Notes: generated from the letters alone by a model not told the origin. 64,000 nt of DNA from Candidatus Saccharibacteria bacterium QS_5_54_17 (GCA_003022365.1 PXOU01000018.1:75964-139963); one strand, 5' to 3'. Positions 42,762 through 53,720 are shown, counted from the first letter of the stretch. Numbers and translations: made by a program.

Positions 42762-43340
42762 CTATGGCTTGGAAATGAAGGCGTTGCCTTTGATATAAAA
42801 CCGCCACGGTGTCGAGGCTCCGGAGCGTACCCCGACTCGAGTGCTGCGGGTGATATGTGTATCGGCGACTGGTTTTCCCTCTTTCAGGTATAACGGTGAG
42901 CTGCGCAGATCGTGCCCGTTGAATTGCCGGTCTATAGCCAGGGCCTGGGTCAGCTTGGCCGGTCCGCTGCACATGTTTCCCGGGGTCTTAGCTTGCAACG
43001 AGCGGTTTTGTTGCATGACATCCATGCCCTCCTTTGGTTCCAGCGCCCTGATGAGCACGGCTTCACCAGTGCCCTCCGGTCCGGTAACTACGTTCAAACA
43101 GTAATGCATGCCGTAAACAAAGTAGACGTAGGCGTACCCGGCCGGGCCGATCATAACGGCGTTGCGATCGGTTTTGCCGTTATAGGTGTGGGCGGCCGGG
43201 TCGGTTTCATGGTAAGCTTCGGTTTCCACGATTTTGCCTTTAAGCCTGGAGCCATCCGTAAGTATCCGGACCAATTGTTGGCCGAGTAATGCCCGCGCCG
43301 CCTCGTCGACCTTCAATTCGCATAAGTGTTTACGATGCAT
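42762..43340 (-). CDS. mpg: DNA-3-methyladenine glycosylase (Mpg/AAG family)
   Basis: ETEAYHETDPAAHTYNGKTDRN...GYAYVYFVYGMHYCLNVV. Confidence 0.85.
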   Translation of the reverse strand: MHRKHLCELKVDEAARALLGQQLVRILTDGSRLKGKIVETEAYHETDPAAHTYNGKTDRNAVMIGPAGYAYVYFVYGMHYCLNVVTGPEGTGEAVLIRALEPKEGMDVMQQNRSLQAKTPGNMCSGPAKLTQALAIDRQFNGHDLRSSPLYLKEGKPVADTHITRSTRVGVRSGASTPWRFYIKGNAFISKP

Positions 43341-43420
43341 ATGACTATCATAGTATATTCGTAATTCGCTGGATGTAATAGGAGTGATGTGTATAAAGTA
43401 AGCCTGTATACTATAGTGAT

Positions 43421-44320
43421 ATGTCCATGCTTAATTCATGGCAACGCAACGTTTCCCTCGCTCCTTTGACTACGCTGGGAATCGGCGGTCCGGCTGATTA
43501 TTTTGTCGAGGCGCACTCCCTGGACGAACTAGCCGATGCCGTCCGCCAAGCAAAAGAAACCGGCATGCCGTATTTCGTGCTTGGCACTGGCGCCAACTTA
43601 TTAATCGGCGACGGCGGATTCCGCGGATTGGTCATTCATAACAGGGCGGAGAGTTTTGAATTCAACGGCAATAAACTACGCAGTGATAGCGGCGCCGTGA
43701 TAGCGGATTTGATCAACGCTTCGCTTGATAAAAAATTATCTGGCTTGGAACATTTCGTGGGCATTCCAAGCAGTGTGGGCGGCGCGTTATGGCAAAACTT
43801 ACATTTTCTCGCGCCTGACAGACAAAGTACGCTTTTTATCGAAACAGTGCTTTCCTCGGCCCGGATTTTGGATGAAAATCTTCAAATCCATGAAGTCGCT
43901 GCGGAGTTTTTCCAGTTTGGTTATGACGAGAGTATTTTACGCCATAAACCGATCATCGTACTTGAAGCGACATTCCAATTAACTCTTGCCAATTCGGAAG
44001 ATATACAAAAACAGATGTATGCCAATATGCAATGGCGGCGGCAAAGACAACCCCAACTGGATGAATTTCCTTCCTGCGGGTCGGTATTCAAGAAAATATC
44101 CGGTGTCGGCGCCGGACGCTTGATCGAAGAAGCTGGACTAAAAGGACACCGAATCGGCGATGCGCAAATTTCGGACAAACACGCCAATTACATCGTGAAT
44201 CTTGGGAGTGCGAAAGCTGCCGACGTGTGTGGACTGTTGCGGCTCGTCCAGGATTCGGTATCCGATAACAGCGGGTATGGACTGGAGCCGGAGATAAGTT
44301 TTATGGGAGAATTTACCTGA
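43421..44320 (+). CDS. murB: UDP-N-acetylenolpyruvoylglucosamine reductase
   Basis: FAD-binding LGIGGPADYF...VLGTGANLL and C-terminal MurB domain. Confidence 0.85.
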   Translation: MSMLNSWQRNVSLAPLTTLGIGGPADYFVEAHSLDELADAVRQAKETGMPYFVLGTGANLLIGDGGFRGLVIHNRAESFEFNGNKLRSDSGAVIADLINASLDKKLSGLEHFVGIPSSVGGALWQNLHFLAPDRQSTLFIETVLSSARILDENLQIHEVAAEFFQFGYDESILRHKPIIVLEATFQLTLANSEDIQKQMYANMQWRRQRQPQLDEFPSCGSVFKKISGVGAGRLIEEAGLKGHRIGDAQISDKHANYIVNLGSAKAADVCGLLRLVQDSVSDNSGYGLEPEISFMGEFT

Positions 44321-44431
44321 TGCATATCTATTTTGCCAGTATTGGTGGCTCGGGATTGCAGCCGTTGGCACTCATGGCCCGCGATTGCGGATTCGATATT
44401 TCCGGATAAGAGGTGCCCGGCGTTTTAAAGA

Positions 44432-45316
44432 TTAATTGTCTTTGGTTGTTTCACTTAAGCGACGGTACTCGCGGTAAAAATCTTCCTTGTCGGCGTACCA
44501 AGCGAATTTTTTCATATCATCAAGTACCATATTTTGCCTCGATTCGTCGGTGTGATATACATCCAGTAATTTTTGGGTGCCTTCTTCGGTGTCCAACCCG
44601 CAATAGATGAGCAGCTGGGCGATTTGTTCCACCTTCAGCTCCTCAAGCAGTTGCTGCAGGTGCCGGTATTCTTCCGGCCGTTCATCCATGTCGACGTAGG
44701 GATCCGTTTCCGCGAAGCTATTGGGGCTTATCTGGAGCAGATCTTGGTCTTGCTCGCCATCTATAAATAGATAGGTGTCTATGGTGATGGTGAAAACGCG
44801 CTCCTCTGTTTTCTTTCTTTTAATTGATGCTTTCAGATGCTCGAAGAAGGTGAACCGGGGAAGCTGTTTGTCGGTTTGGTCGACTACCTCACGCACAAGT
44901 TTTTGCAATTCGTCATCCGACGATTGAATGTGTAGGCGCCCATTCCCGGAATCGTTGATGATGGCACCTTTTCCGGTTATTTTCTTTCCCTCTTGGTCGA
45001 GTTGGTCCCAGACGACCTGCATTGAGATACCGATATCCTCGATCTCTTGGCTGTGGTATGCTTTCAGCAGTCCTGCCAGTTGCTTCCATTTGCCGACGAT
45101 CAAACGGTCTTCTACTGTCGCATTTCGGGCCAGTTCATATACCTTTTGACATATCATGTAATCGTGGACTTCCGGCTGTTGTTGGTAGGCTTCCACGATC
45201 CGTGCCACGGCGTTTTTCCGTTGATCCTCGATATTATGCGCATAAATTCGGATATCGATATTGGTCTGTTGCCAGGCGAATTCCAGGAACCAATCTTTTA
45301 CGTAGCTCATACTCCC
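44432..45316 (-). CDS. Hypothetical protein
   Basis: Track ORF extends to 45475 over the clpB 3-prime end. Start set at the internal ATG (MSYVKDW) at about 45316. Acidic, no domain recognised. Confidence 0.45.
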   Translation of the reverse strand, partial: GSMSYVKDWFLEFAWQQTNIDIRIYAHNIEDQRKNAVARIVEAYQQQPEVHDYMICQKVYELARNATVEDRLIVGKWKQLAGLLKAYHSQEIEDIGISMQVVWDQLDQEGKKITGKGAIINDSGNGRLHIQSSDDELQKLVREVVDQTDKQLPRFTFFEHLKASIKRKKTEERVFTITIDTYLFIDGEQDQDLLQISPNSFAETDPYVDMDERPEEYRHLQQLLEELKVEQIAQLLIYCGLDTEEGTQKLLDVYHTDESRQNMVLDDMKKFAWYADKEDFYREYRRLSETTKDN

Positions 45317-45347
45317 ATTGTAGCAGGCGGCAGGTGGTGCTGGGTTA

Positions 45348-47933
45348 TCATTGACTTTTCGCCTTGTCCGATTGCTTGGCTTTGAATTGGATGTGCTCAT
45401 TTTTATCCAGGGTGACTTTGATGGTTTGCTCTTCTTCGACGTCACCTTCGATGATTTGCATGGCCAGCGGGTCAAGGATTTGGTTCTGGATCAGCCGTTG
45501 TAACGGGCGAGCGCCGAAGTTAGGGTCATAGCCGGTTCGAGCCAGGTGTTGCTTAACGGAATCACTAACGTCCAGGGTAATGTTTTTATTGGCGGCCAAA
45601 TCTTGCTGGACTTGCTGGAGTTGGATGTCGACGATCCTGCCCATGTCGGCTTCGGTGATACGCTCAAACAGCACAATATCATCGACGCGGTTGAGGAATT
45701 CGGGGCGGAAATAGGTATGTACCGTCTCCATAACTTGGTTCCGTGTCGCCTCGTCCAACTGCTCGGCCTCCTGGATTATCTGAGCTCCTAAGTTGGAGGT
45801 CATAATGATGATGGCGTTGCGGAAGTCAACGCTTCTCCCCTGTCCGTCTGTCATGCGGCCGTCGTCTAAGACTTGCAATAGTACGTTGAAAACGTCGTTG
45901 TGGGCTTTCTCGATCTCATCCAGCAGAATCACCGTGTAAGGCCGGCGGCGGACCGCTTCGGTGAGTTGCCCGCCCTGCTCGTAGCCCACGTAGCCGGGCG
46001 GGGCGCCGATCAGCCGGGCGACGGCGTGTTGCTCCATGTATTCGCTCATATCGATCCGGACCATAGCTTCTTCGTCATCGAACATTTCCCGGGCCAGCGC
46101 TTTGGCGGTCTCGGTCTTGCCGACGCCAGTTGGCCCCAGAAACATGAATGAACCGACCGGCCGATCGGCGGGTGCGATACCGGCCCGGGCGCGGCGGATG
46201 GCGTTGGCGACAGCAGTAATAGCCTCTTCCTGGCCGACGACTCGCTCGCCCAAGCGTTTATCCAGGTCTTTGAGTTTCTCGCTTTCTTCTTTGAGCAGCC
46301 GGCTGACGGGGATGCCGGTCCAGCGGGAGATGACGCTGGCGATGTCCTCGGCGGTAACTTCTTCCCGCAGTACTCGGTGCTCTAGTTGGTTGAGTTGGTC
46401 CCGCGCCTCTTGGGCCTGGGTCTGCAGCTCAGGGATTTTCCCGTATTGTATCTCAGCAGCGCGGGAAAGGTTTCCGTCGCGCTCGGCCTGTTCCTGTTCG
46501 CTACGGAGTTTATCGATTTCCTCATTGGCGCGGGTAATTTGATCGATCAGTGATTTTTCCTGCTCCCACTGGGACTGCATACTCTTGGATTGTTCCTGCA
46601 AATCGGCGATCTGTTGCTTGACTTCTTCCAGTCGTTCTTTGGCTTTTTTGTCTTTCTTAATAGCTTCCTTTTCGATCTCCAGCCGTTTTATCTGCCGGTT
46701 GATCTGATCAAGTTCGGTCGGCATGGAGTCGATCTCCATTTTGATGGAACTGGTGGCTTCGTCGATCAAGTCGACTGCTTTATCCGGCAGGAAGCGGTCC
46801 GAAATGTAGCGTTCGGAGAGCTGGGCGGCCGCCACGATGGCGTCGTCAGTGATCTTGACCCCGTGATGTACCTCGTATTTCTCCTGCAATCCGCGCAAAA
46901 CGGTCACCGTATCTTCGATACTGGGTTCGCTGACGTAAACGGGTTGGAGGCGGCGTTCCAGGGCGGCATCCTTCTCCACGTGTTTGCGGTATTCATCCAG
47001 GGTGGTGGCGCCGATCATGTGCAGTTTCCCCCGGGCCAGGAGCGGTTTGAACATATTGGCCGCGTCCACGGCGCCTTCCGCGGCACCGGCCCCCATGATG
47101 GTATGGAGTTCGTCCACGAACAGGATGATTTCCCCGCCGGCTTCCTCAACCTCCTTGAGGACGGCTTTCATCCGTTCCTCGAACTCGCCGCGGTATTTGG
47201 CGCCGGCCAGCATGCTGGAAATATCCAGGGCGATAACCCGGCGGTTTTTCAGCGTTTCCGGCACGTCCCCGTCGATAATCCGTTGGGCCAGTCCTTCCAC
47301 GATGGCGGTCTTGCCTACCCCGGGTTCGCCGATAAGTACCGGGTTGTTTTTGGTTCGCCGGGATAAGACCTGCATCATGCGCCGTACTTCTTCATCCCGG
47401 CCTACAACCGGATCCAGCTCGCCCTGGCGGGCCAGATCAGTATAGTCAGCCCCGTACTTTTCCAGCGCGTTCTGGGTGGCTTCAGGGTCCTGGGTATCCA
47501 CGGTGCTCCCTCCTCGTATGGAATTAATGTATGCTTCTATTTCCGCGCGGTTCGCCGTGCTGGGGGTTATGTATTCGTGCTCCAGTCCGGCTAACAGCAA
47601 ATGCTCCGTACTCATGTATTCGTCCCCATAATCTTTCTGGGTAGACTGGGCGGTTCGGAGCAATTGCTGGAAGCCGGAAGCCGGCTGGAGTTGTTCTTGA
47701 TTGACTCCTTGGTCGCTGGTGGGGAGTTTACCCAGTTGCTCTTCCAGCTGCTGGCGGGCCTCACCCAACGCCTGGAACTTTTCCAGGGCCGAAATAAACA
47801 GGGTATCCTGCTGCCCGCATAGGGCGTGCAACAGGTGCCAGGGTTCCAGGCTGGTATGCCCGCGTGCGACCGCCCCTTCCACGGCGGAATTCAAGGCGGC
47901 CTGCACGCTATGGGTAAACTGATCGGGTTGCAT
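45348..47933 (-). CDS. clpB: Chaperone ClpB
   Basis: 861 aa; Clp N-domain, two AAA+ modules ([16 protein letters not shown]), long middle coiled-coil. Confidence 0.95.
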   Translation of the reverse strand: MQPDQFTHSVQAALNSAVEGAVARGHTSLEPWHLLHALCGQQDTLFISALEKFQALGEARQQLEEQLGKLPTSDQGVNQEQLQPASGFQQLLRTAQSTQKDYGDEYMSTEHLLLAGLEHEYITPSTANRAEIEAYINSIRGGSTVDTQDPEATQNALEKYGADYTDLARQGELDPVVGRDEEVRRMMQVLSRRTKNNPVLIGEPGVGKTAIVEGLAQRIIDGDVPETLKNRRVIALDISSMLAGAKYRGEFEERMKAVLKEVEEAGGEIILFVDELHTIMGAGAAEGAVDAANMFKPLLARGKLHMIGATTLDEYRKHVEKDAALERRLQPVYVSEPSIEDTVTVLRGLQEKYEVHHGVKITDDAIVAAAQLSERYISDRFLPDKAVDLIDEATSSIKMEIDSMPTELDQINRQIKRLEIEKEAIKKDKKAKERLEEVKQQIADLQEQSKSMQSQWEQEKSLIDQITRANEEIDKLRSEQEQAERDGNLSRAAEIQYGKIPELQTQAQEARDQLNQLEHRVLREEVTAEDIASVISRWTGIPVSRLLKEESEKLKDLDKRLGERVVGQEEAITAVANAIRRARAGIAPADRPVGSFMFLGPTGVGKTETAKALAREMFDDEEAMVRIDMSEYMEQHAVARLIGAPPGYVGYEQGGQLTEAVRRRPYTVILLDEIEKAHNDVFNVLLQVLDDGRMTDGQGRSVDFRNAIIIMTSNLGAQIIQEAEQLDEATRNQVMETVHTYFRPEFLNRVDDIVLFERITEADMGRIVDIQLQQVQQDLAANKNITLDVSDSVKQHLARTGYDPNFGARPLQRLIQNQILDPLAMQIIEGDVEEEQTIKVTLDKNEHIQFKAKQSDKAKSQ

Positions 47934-47953
47934 GAGACGGGTTCCCGGCTAAA

Positions 47954-48421
47954 CTACTTGCGGTTCTTCTTAGGACTTTCCACGGTGACTTGCTTAGGCT
48001 TGGGAAGCTCCTGCATGGGTACGGTGACAGTGAGAATGCCGTCTTCGAAAGAAGCGGAAATGTCCTCAGTCTGGGTGTTCTGCGGCAAGCCGATGCGCCG
48101 GTAAAAGCTGGATGTACTCTCCCGAACGATGTACTTACGGTCTTTTTTGCCATCCCCTTCTTGGCTCTCTCGATGCTCGGCCCGTATATTGAGGGCATTG
48201 TCTTCGACGTTGACCTCAATGTCATCTTCCTTGAAGCCGGGCAAGGATGCTTCAATGATCATGTTTTCATCGTTCTCGTCCATGTAAACGTCCGCCGTCG
48301 GCGTTGCCAAACCCGGCTGCGCCATCTGTCCGCCGAACGTCTCAGAGAACAAGTTGCTTAATCGGTTTTGGGTATCTTCCAGTTCACGAAATGGATTATC
48401 GTATCCGCGTATCAATGCCAT
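47954..48421 (-). CDS. Small heat-shock protein (Hsp20 / alpha-crystallin)
   Basis: 155 aa; ACD core; SD aaggagg before ATG. Confidence 0.9.
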   Translation of the reverse strand: MALIRGYDNPFRELEDTQNRLSNLFSETFGGQMAQPGLATPTADVYMDENDENMIIEASLPGFKEDDIEVNVEDNALNIRAEHRESQEGDGKKDRKYIVRESTSSFYRRIGLPQNTQTEDISASFEDGILTVTVPMQELPKPKQVTVESPKKNRK

Positions 48422-48504
48422 AATACACCTCCTTCTTATGTTAGCTTTTGGTTACGAGTATTGACTGACTGTCTTTGTGGCGCTTTTTCCTGGCCACACC
48501 TTCC

Positions 48505-48542
48505 ACTATAACTAGTTAGCACTCTCGGGTCAAGAGTGCCAA
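48505..48542 (-). promoter_or_regulatory. Promoter (TTGACC-N17-TATAGT) overlapping a CIRCE-like HrcA operator
   Basis: TTAGCACTC-tcgggtcaa-GAGTGCCAA at 48516-48542 is one mismatch from the CIRCE consensus TTAGCACTC-N9-GAGTGCTAA. The -35 box lies in the loop, the -10 at 48505-48510. About 95 nt upstream of hsp20-clpB. Confidence 0.6.
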
Positions 48543-48600
48543 CATAAACAGTTTATAGGTGTTGATTGCGTCGAAAATCAGAGAGAGAAAAGGCTTCCCT

Positions 48601-49170
48601 TTAATAATCTACGCCGCGGTTGGCGAGGTATTTGTCGTCGAAGTGATGCTTGATCTTCTTCATGTCGGTGGCAATGTCGACGTGTTTGTATAACTCCTTG
48701 GGGAAATTGCGGCCGGTCAGGCAGAGATTGGTCTGCTCATGCTTGTCGGTGAGCAGTGCTTTGAGCTGTTTTTTACCGAGTAATCCGTCATGGAAGGCGT
48801 TATTGATTTCATCGCAGATGATCAGTTGGTAGTCGCCGGAGGTGGCCGCCCCGTAGGCGAAGTCATAGGTATTCCGGGCGGCTCGAAGGTGTTGCTGGTG
48901 GGTGATGCCCTTTTCGCTGATGTCGCCGGCGTTGAAAAACCCCCGACCGCCTTTGTGAAAGACCAGTTGTTGGCCGTAGACATCGCCGAGCGCGTCCAGA
49001 AAGTCGTGCTCGCCTACCCTCCAGTACTTAATGAACTGAACGAAAGCACACGTCCAATCCGTACCCAACCCTCTGCCCAGCAGCCCCAGGGAAGCGCTGG
49101 TCTTTCCTTTGCCCTGGCCGGTGTAGACGACGATGACGCTGGATTTGGTTGCATAGTCTTCGAAAGCCAC
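48601..49170 (-). CDS. cobO: Cob(I)yrinic acid a,c-diamide / corrinoid adenosyltransferase (CobO/BtuR type)
   Basis: P-loop YTGQGKGKTSASLG and the conserved CobA fold pattern. Confidence 0.8.
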   Translation of the reverse strand: MAFEDYATKSSVIVVYTGQGKGKTSASLGLLGRGLGTDWTCAFVQFIKYWRVGEHDFLDALGDVYGQQLVFHKGGRGFFNAGDISEKGITHQQHLRAARNTYDFAYGAATSGDYQLIICDEINNAFHDGLLGKKQLKALLTDKHEQTNLCLTGRNFPKELYKHVDIATDMKKIKHHFDDKYLANRGVDY

Positions 49171-49199
49171 AAGCGACCCGTTTCTGCTGAGAAATGTTA

Positions 49200-49511
49200 T
49201 TAGTGCCCCGAAGGGTAGTCCGTCGACTGGCTATCGTAATTTTTATACACCTGCTCACCGGAAGCCGGTTGCAACTGCTGGGCGGCCGGCTGGGGACTCA
49301 GTGACTTTTGCCGGGTTTCTCCTCCAGAACCAGAAGACGGCCGGAGGTGAAGATTGTCTTTTTGGGCGGAAGAGGGGGTTTCTTGGGCGACATCGCTGCT
49401 TGATCGCGCCGAATCGGCGTACTCAACGGCTAACACGCCGCCGGCTACGCCGATGATCATCAGAAGCAAAACAATGGTATAGGTATGTGTTTTGGGCGGT
49501 GCTTTCCTCAT
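49200..49511 (-). CDS. Small hypothetical membrane protein (uncertain)
   Basis: ATG 49511; one TM helix (IVLLLMIIGVAGGVLAV) then a Ser/Gln-rich tail. The rest of the track ORF overlaps the LCP gene and is rejected. Confidence 0.3.
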   Translation of the reverse strand: MRKAPPKTHTYTIVLLLMIIGVAGGVLAVEYADSARSSSDVAQETPSSAQKDNLHLRPSSGSGGETRQKSLSPQPAAQQLQPASGEQVYKNYDSQSTDYPSGH

Positions 49512-49598
49512 AACGTGTGTAAGCAACAGTCTAGCACGCCATAAGGATGTCCGCCTAACTTTTTCGAGCCGCCTTGCATTTGGCCGGCGGGCCGGGAA

Positions 49599-50654
49599 TT
49601 GCGTAGAATGACGGATATGCATCAATACTATCAGTACCGACCGGATGATTCCGGCGCCGTTTCCAATCAACCCACGCCGCACAACGGTTCCCACGAGGAG
49701 AAACATCACCCGCTCCGGCGTTTCCTTGTTTGGTTGGCCATAATATTGGTCGTGGTGTTGGTTGTTTTGGCGGTTCTGTTGGGCGGGGTATATGCCTATG
49801 TCACCCAAATCCCGGTTGCCAATACCGATGGCAGGACCAACGTCGTCATCCTCGGCGTTGATGAAGCGGCCCAGCTCAGTGACACCATTATGATCGCCAG
49901 CATTCGCCACGGATCCGGACAGCCCCCGGAGGTAGCCATGGTCAGCGTCCCCCGCGATCTATACCTGAACATCCCCCAACATGGCGACCATAAAATCAAC
50001 GCTGCCTACGCGTTGGGTGAAAACCAGGACAACGAGGGTGGCGGCGCGGAGTTGACCGTCAAAACGATCGAACAACAGTTCGAGCTCCCCGTGCATTACT
50101 ACGCAGCCATTGAATTTGAAAGTTTTAAGGAGATTATTAACGCAGTCGGCGGCGTCACCGTCGACGTGAAGACCGCCATCGACGATCCCTATTACCCCGC
50201 GCCCGGCAACGCGGGGCACGAGCCGTTCCACATCGAGGCGGGCAAGCAGCATTTGGACGGCGAACGAGCCCTCAAATACGCCCGTTCGCGGAAAACCACC
50301 AATGATTTCGATCGGTCTTATCGGCAGCAGCAAGTGATGTTGGCGGTCCGAAATAAAATACTGGGTACCGGCGGCGCCGATATTGATATATCCCGGGCGC
50401 TGAATCTGTATCGAGCAGTGGGTGAGCACGTGGATGGGAATATGAGCCGCCTGGAGATGCTGCGCCTGGCCTACACGCTCCGCAACGTTGACACCTCCGG
50501 GACAGGACAGTATGTCTTAAGCAGCAGCAACTTGCTGACCAGCACTTCCGGCGGCCGGCTGGTGCCCAGCGGCGGTGACTTCCAGCAAGTACAAGAATTT
50601 CTGGATAATCTGTTCAGTCAACCCCGAGTTGAAGAATTTCAACCGCGTTTTTAA
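49599..50654 (+). CDS. LytR-CpsA-Psr (LCP) family protein
   Basis: N-terminal TM, LCP core (NVVILGVDE...SDTIMIASI...VSVPRDLY...INAAYALG). Confidence 0.8.
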   Translation: MRRMTDMHQYYQYRPDDSGAVSNQPTPHNGSHEEKHHPLRRFLVWLAIILVVVLVVLAVLLGGVYAYVTQIPVANTDGRTNVVILGVDEAAQLSDTIMIASIRHGSGQPPEVAMVSVPRDLYLNIPQHGDHKINAAYALGENQDNEGGGAELTVKTIEQQFELPVHYYAAIEFESFKEIINAVGGVTVDVKTAIDDPYYPAPGNAGHEPFHIEAGKQHLDGERALKYARSRKTTNDFDRSYRQQQVMLAVRNKILGTGGADIDISRALNLYRAVGEHVDGNMSRLEMLRLAYTLRNVDTSGTGQYVLSSSNLLTSTSGGRLVPSGGDFQQVQEFLDNLFSQPRVEEFQPRF

Positions 50655-50687
50655 TTGTCCACACGTTGGTCCCCCGGGCAGGCCAAT

Positions 50688-51149
50688 TCAGCCGATGGAG
50701 AGCACGGTGTAGGCAGCGACTTTTCCGTTGCCGATATAGACGGTGTCCCCTACTCGGGCGTCCAAGAGCTGTTTACCCACCGGTGATTGGTCAGATAGGT
50801 ATCCGTTAGTGGGATCGGCTTCTACTGACCCCGCCAAGGTGAATTGCTTAATATCGTGGCCGTTTTTGAGTTTGACCGTACTACCGTGCTTGACGGTATG
50901 TTTCTGCTTTGGCTTCTTGATCAGTACCGCGTTCTGGAGCGTGTGATTGATCTGCTCCATGTGCGTCTCAATCTGTAAGGCACGATTGCGGGCAACGGTG
51001 TAACTATGGTTCTCTACTTGCCTGCCGGGCTCTTTGACCGCTTCCAGCTCTCTGCCGAGAGCAATGCGTTCCTTGTATAGTCGATTGCATTTGGCTTTCA
51101 GGTTTTGAAATCCCGTGGGTGTGAGATATATATTATTGCTGCCTTGCAT
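50688..51149 (-). CDS. greA: Transcription elongation factor GreA
   Basis: N-terminal coiled-coil and C-terminal FKBP-like domain. Confidence 0.9.
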   Translation of the reverse strand: MQGSNNIYLTPTGFQNLKAKCNRLYKERIALGRELEAVKEPGRQVENHSYTVARNRALQIETHMEQINHTLQNAVLIKKPKQKHTVKHGSTVKLKNGHDIKQFTLAGSVEADPTNGYLSDQSPVGKQLLDARVGDTVYIGNGKVAAYTVLSIG

Positions 51150-51494
51150 ACTACCTCCTTATAGGCTGGTTAATGTGCTGGCTTACTTTGCTCGTTTCTT
51201 TTCCAACCTGGTCCAACCTGCCCAACCTGTTCCGGCTTACTTTTCTAGCCGGGGGGTATGTTTATCGGTTTTTTATGTGCGCGCAACAAGTTATATAAAA
51301 CACATCCCTTCTTGTTAATGTCTGTTAATGTTGGTTGATGTTTGTTAATGCTTTCGCTGGGCATTAACCGGAGACAGGAATTTTTTACCTGCTTCCGGAA
51401 ACATTACTATAACGCCTGGATTGGCGGGGTGTCTGTGACGTACATCACCCTAGGCGTGGTAATATGCGTTATAGTGGGATATGAGGAGGTGCAG

Positions 51495-52184
51495 ATGGAA
51501 AGATTACATTCAGATCGAGTATCAGACATATTATTGGAAACCTTTTTTCCGGACGGAAAACCAACCACCGTGGAACCGGGAGAAATCGTATATGATTCCG
51601 ACACCTCCGCTCCGTCACTTTTTGTGGTCGATAAAGGGTATTTTAAGACCTACACCATCAGCAATGATGGCGATTTGCACATTCAGAATTTCTATGGACC
51701 GGGAGCTATATTTCCACTTGCTCCCGTGTTGCGCCGGGCACTGAACTGGACGTCATTCCGAACCAAGCAAACGGTATATTTCGAAACCTTGACCGAAGCG
51801 AGCGTATATCGGTGTAAGGCCGAGACGTTTCCGATAGCCGAGCTGCCACCGGAAGTCTACCAGGAGCTCATATACCGGCTGCTGTTTAATTACGAAGTCT
51901 TTTTGAATTGTGCCCAAGTGCAAAAATTCCGTTACGCCCGGCACCGGATCATATACCAACTGCTGCTGCTGGCCGACATGTTCGGTACTCAAACGGAAGA
52001 CGGGATCCGCATAAATCCGCCGCTTACCCATTTTGATATCGGCAGTACCATCGGTATGGCGCGCGAAACGGTTACCCGGGAAATGGAAAAGCTGCGCTCA
52101 GGCGGTTGCCTGATCAGCTCGCAGCAACACCTTGTCCTGACGGACACGGCTCGGTTGCAGGCGGAAATCGAAAACGCCCACTGA
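51495..52184 (+). CDS. Crp/Fnr-family transcriptional regulator
   Basis: ATG 51495 with gaggagg SD; cNMP-binding-like beta-roll and C-terminal HTH (DIGSTIGMARETVTREM). Confidence 0.7.
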   Translation: MERLHSDRVSDILLETFFPDGKPTTVEPGEIVYDSDTSAPSLFVVDKGYFKTYTISNDGDLHIQNFYGPGAIFPLAPVLRRALNWTSFRTKQTVYFETLTEASVYRCKAETFPIAELPPEVYQELIYRLLFNYEVFLNCAQVQKFRYARHRIIYQLLLLADMFGTQTEDGIRINPPLTHFDIGSTIGMARETVTREMEKLRSGGCLISSQQHLVLTDTARLQAEIENAH

Positions 52185-52240
52185 TTCTTCCGGTTGTCTT
52201 TTTACTCACCAGACACCGTTGTAGGTTCCCCCACGCAGGT

Positions 52241-52576
52241 TTAGGGGTTTGGTTGATAGTAGACGTCTCTTCCAGTCCTGCCGCACTGAGCGATCAATCC
52301 TTCCGCTTCCAGTTCCGCAAAATAATTCCGGGCGGTTTTGGGCGATACGCCCAGTAAGGCCTGCACGTCCTGATTTCGGATCCTGGCTTGATGGTTGAAA
52401 AGCCGGAGGACTTCTCTCAAATTTTGTTCTTTTTTGGCGCTACGGCCACTGTTGACGGGCAATCGTGATTCCATTCCATACCCGTCTTGCGGCAACTTCT
52501 GACTCCCGGGGTATTTCACGGCGTGGTAGATACGGGCGCTCCCTATACCCAATAGCACACCTGCGATAAACCACAT
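52241..52576 (-). CDS. Small HTH protein with N-terminal TM helix
   Basis: Winged-helix segment NQDVQALLGVSPKTARNYFAELEAEGLI. Confidence 0.5.
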   Translation of the reverse strand: MWFIAGVLLGIGSARIYHAVKYPGSQKLPQDGYGMESRLPVNSGRSAKKEQNLREVLRLFNHQARIRNQDVQALLGVSPKTARNYFAELEAEGLIAQCGRTGRDVYYQPNP

Positions 52577-52599
52577 AGCTATAGTATAGCAGCTTGCCG

Positions 52600-52990
52600 G
52601 GAGCTATACACGGGATGCGTATAGTCTCCCGGCAGCAGGAACAGGAAGCAAGCAGCAAGAAGCAAGAAGCAAGTAAAAGACAGGAAGTAGACAGGGAGTG
52701 AGAAGCAACAGGCTCTGAATATGTCATTCCTGAAACAAGTTCAGGACAGGCTCTGAATTTATTTCAGGATCTTCCTCTCTTGTCATCCTGAATTTATTTC
52801 AGGATCTGTTGCAAAACTGGATTCCGAACCAAGTTCGGAATGACGGAGGAGGTTCGCAGTAACAGAGAGGCTTTGCATTTTTCCACTTACTTCTTACTTC
52901 CTGTTCCTGTCAGCCACTTCGTCTCCCGGCTTATTGAACACCCCCGTGAGTAAACAGCAAGGAGGTGTTCAATAAGTTTCCGTCACATTA
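52600..52990. repeat. Composite palindromic intergenic repeat element, copy D (most complete)
   Basis: All modules present, including both arms of cttattgaacacc-N20-ggtgttcaataag and caggaacaggaagcaagcagcaag with its inverse gcttgc...cctgttcctg. Confidence 0.65.
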
Positions 52991-53074
52991 AGGGGAGGCT
53001 CTTGGTGCCAAGCCAACAACCCTTACCGCGGTGGGTTCGGGGAATCATCCACGCGACTCCGAGCCCGGCCGAGA

Positions 53075-53635
53075 CTATTTGTTGAGTGAGTCTATGACGT
53101 CTTGGGCTCCCTCAACGCCGGATCGTAACGATTCGCGGACCTCATCGGCTGCCTCGTCGCCGACGTCCTGGGCGGCGTTCAGTGCGGCATTAACCCCGTC
53201 CTGTAAGGCTTGGGTCGTATCTCCACCCAGATTGGATACTGCTTCCACCGCGCCGTTGACGGATGAAACGGCCGTGTCTCCGACGGTCGCGTTAAGTTCC
53301 CCGGCACTGTGTACTGCCTGGCCGACGGAACTCTGAACGGCATCACCCTGGCTACCGCCTTCTTCCATAAAACCTTCTACGGCTCCGTTTACCACGCCTT
53401 TCACGGCGCCCACGACAGAACTGCCGATCTCGGCAACACCTTCCAGTGAACCTTTGACGACCGAGGCAGGCACATCCATGGCTTCTGAGACAAATTCACC
53501 GGTTTCCCGGATGGTCTCTACCGTAACGTTTTTGACGGCACCGACCGTTGAGCTTCCTACGTCCGAAGCGCCCTGCACCGTCGCCGTGACCGTGCTCTTG
53601 GCACTATTGGCTACTCGTGAGACAAATTGGAACAT
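53075..53635 (-). CDS. Hypothetical repeat protein (GAV-rich)
   Basis: 186 aa of degenerate V-x-GAV-x-G repeats. Confidence 0.5.
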   Translation of the reverse strand: MFQFVSRVANSAKSTVTATVQGASDVGSSTVGAVKNVTVETIRETGEFVSEAMDVPASVVKGSLEGVAEIGSSVVGAVKGVVNGAVEGFMEEGGSQGDAVQSSVGQAVHSAGELNATVGDTAVSSVNGAVEAVSNLGGDTTQALQDGVNAALNAAQDVGDEAADEVRESLRSGVEGAQDVIDSLNK

Positions 53636-53720
53636 ATGCTACCCTCCTGTTTATACCTGCATCGTAACATATACGTGGGGCCGAACGTAAACACGGGAGA
53701 CACCCAACAAAGGTCTCTCC

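Noticed and set aside
49512-49910. Upstream part of minus-strand ORF 49200..49910 overlapping the LCP gene
   Set aside because: It is antisense to a confidently identified LCP-family CDS. Only the downstream 103-aa portion with a TM helix is retained, at low confidence.
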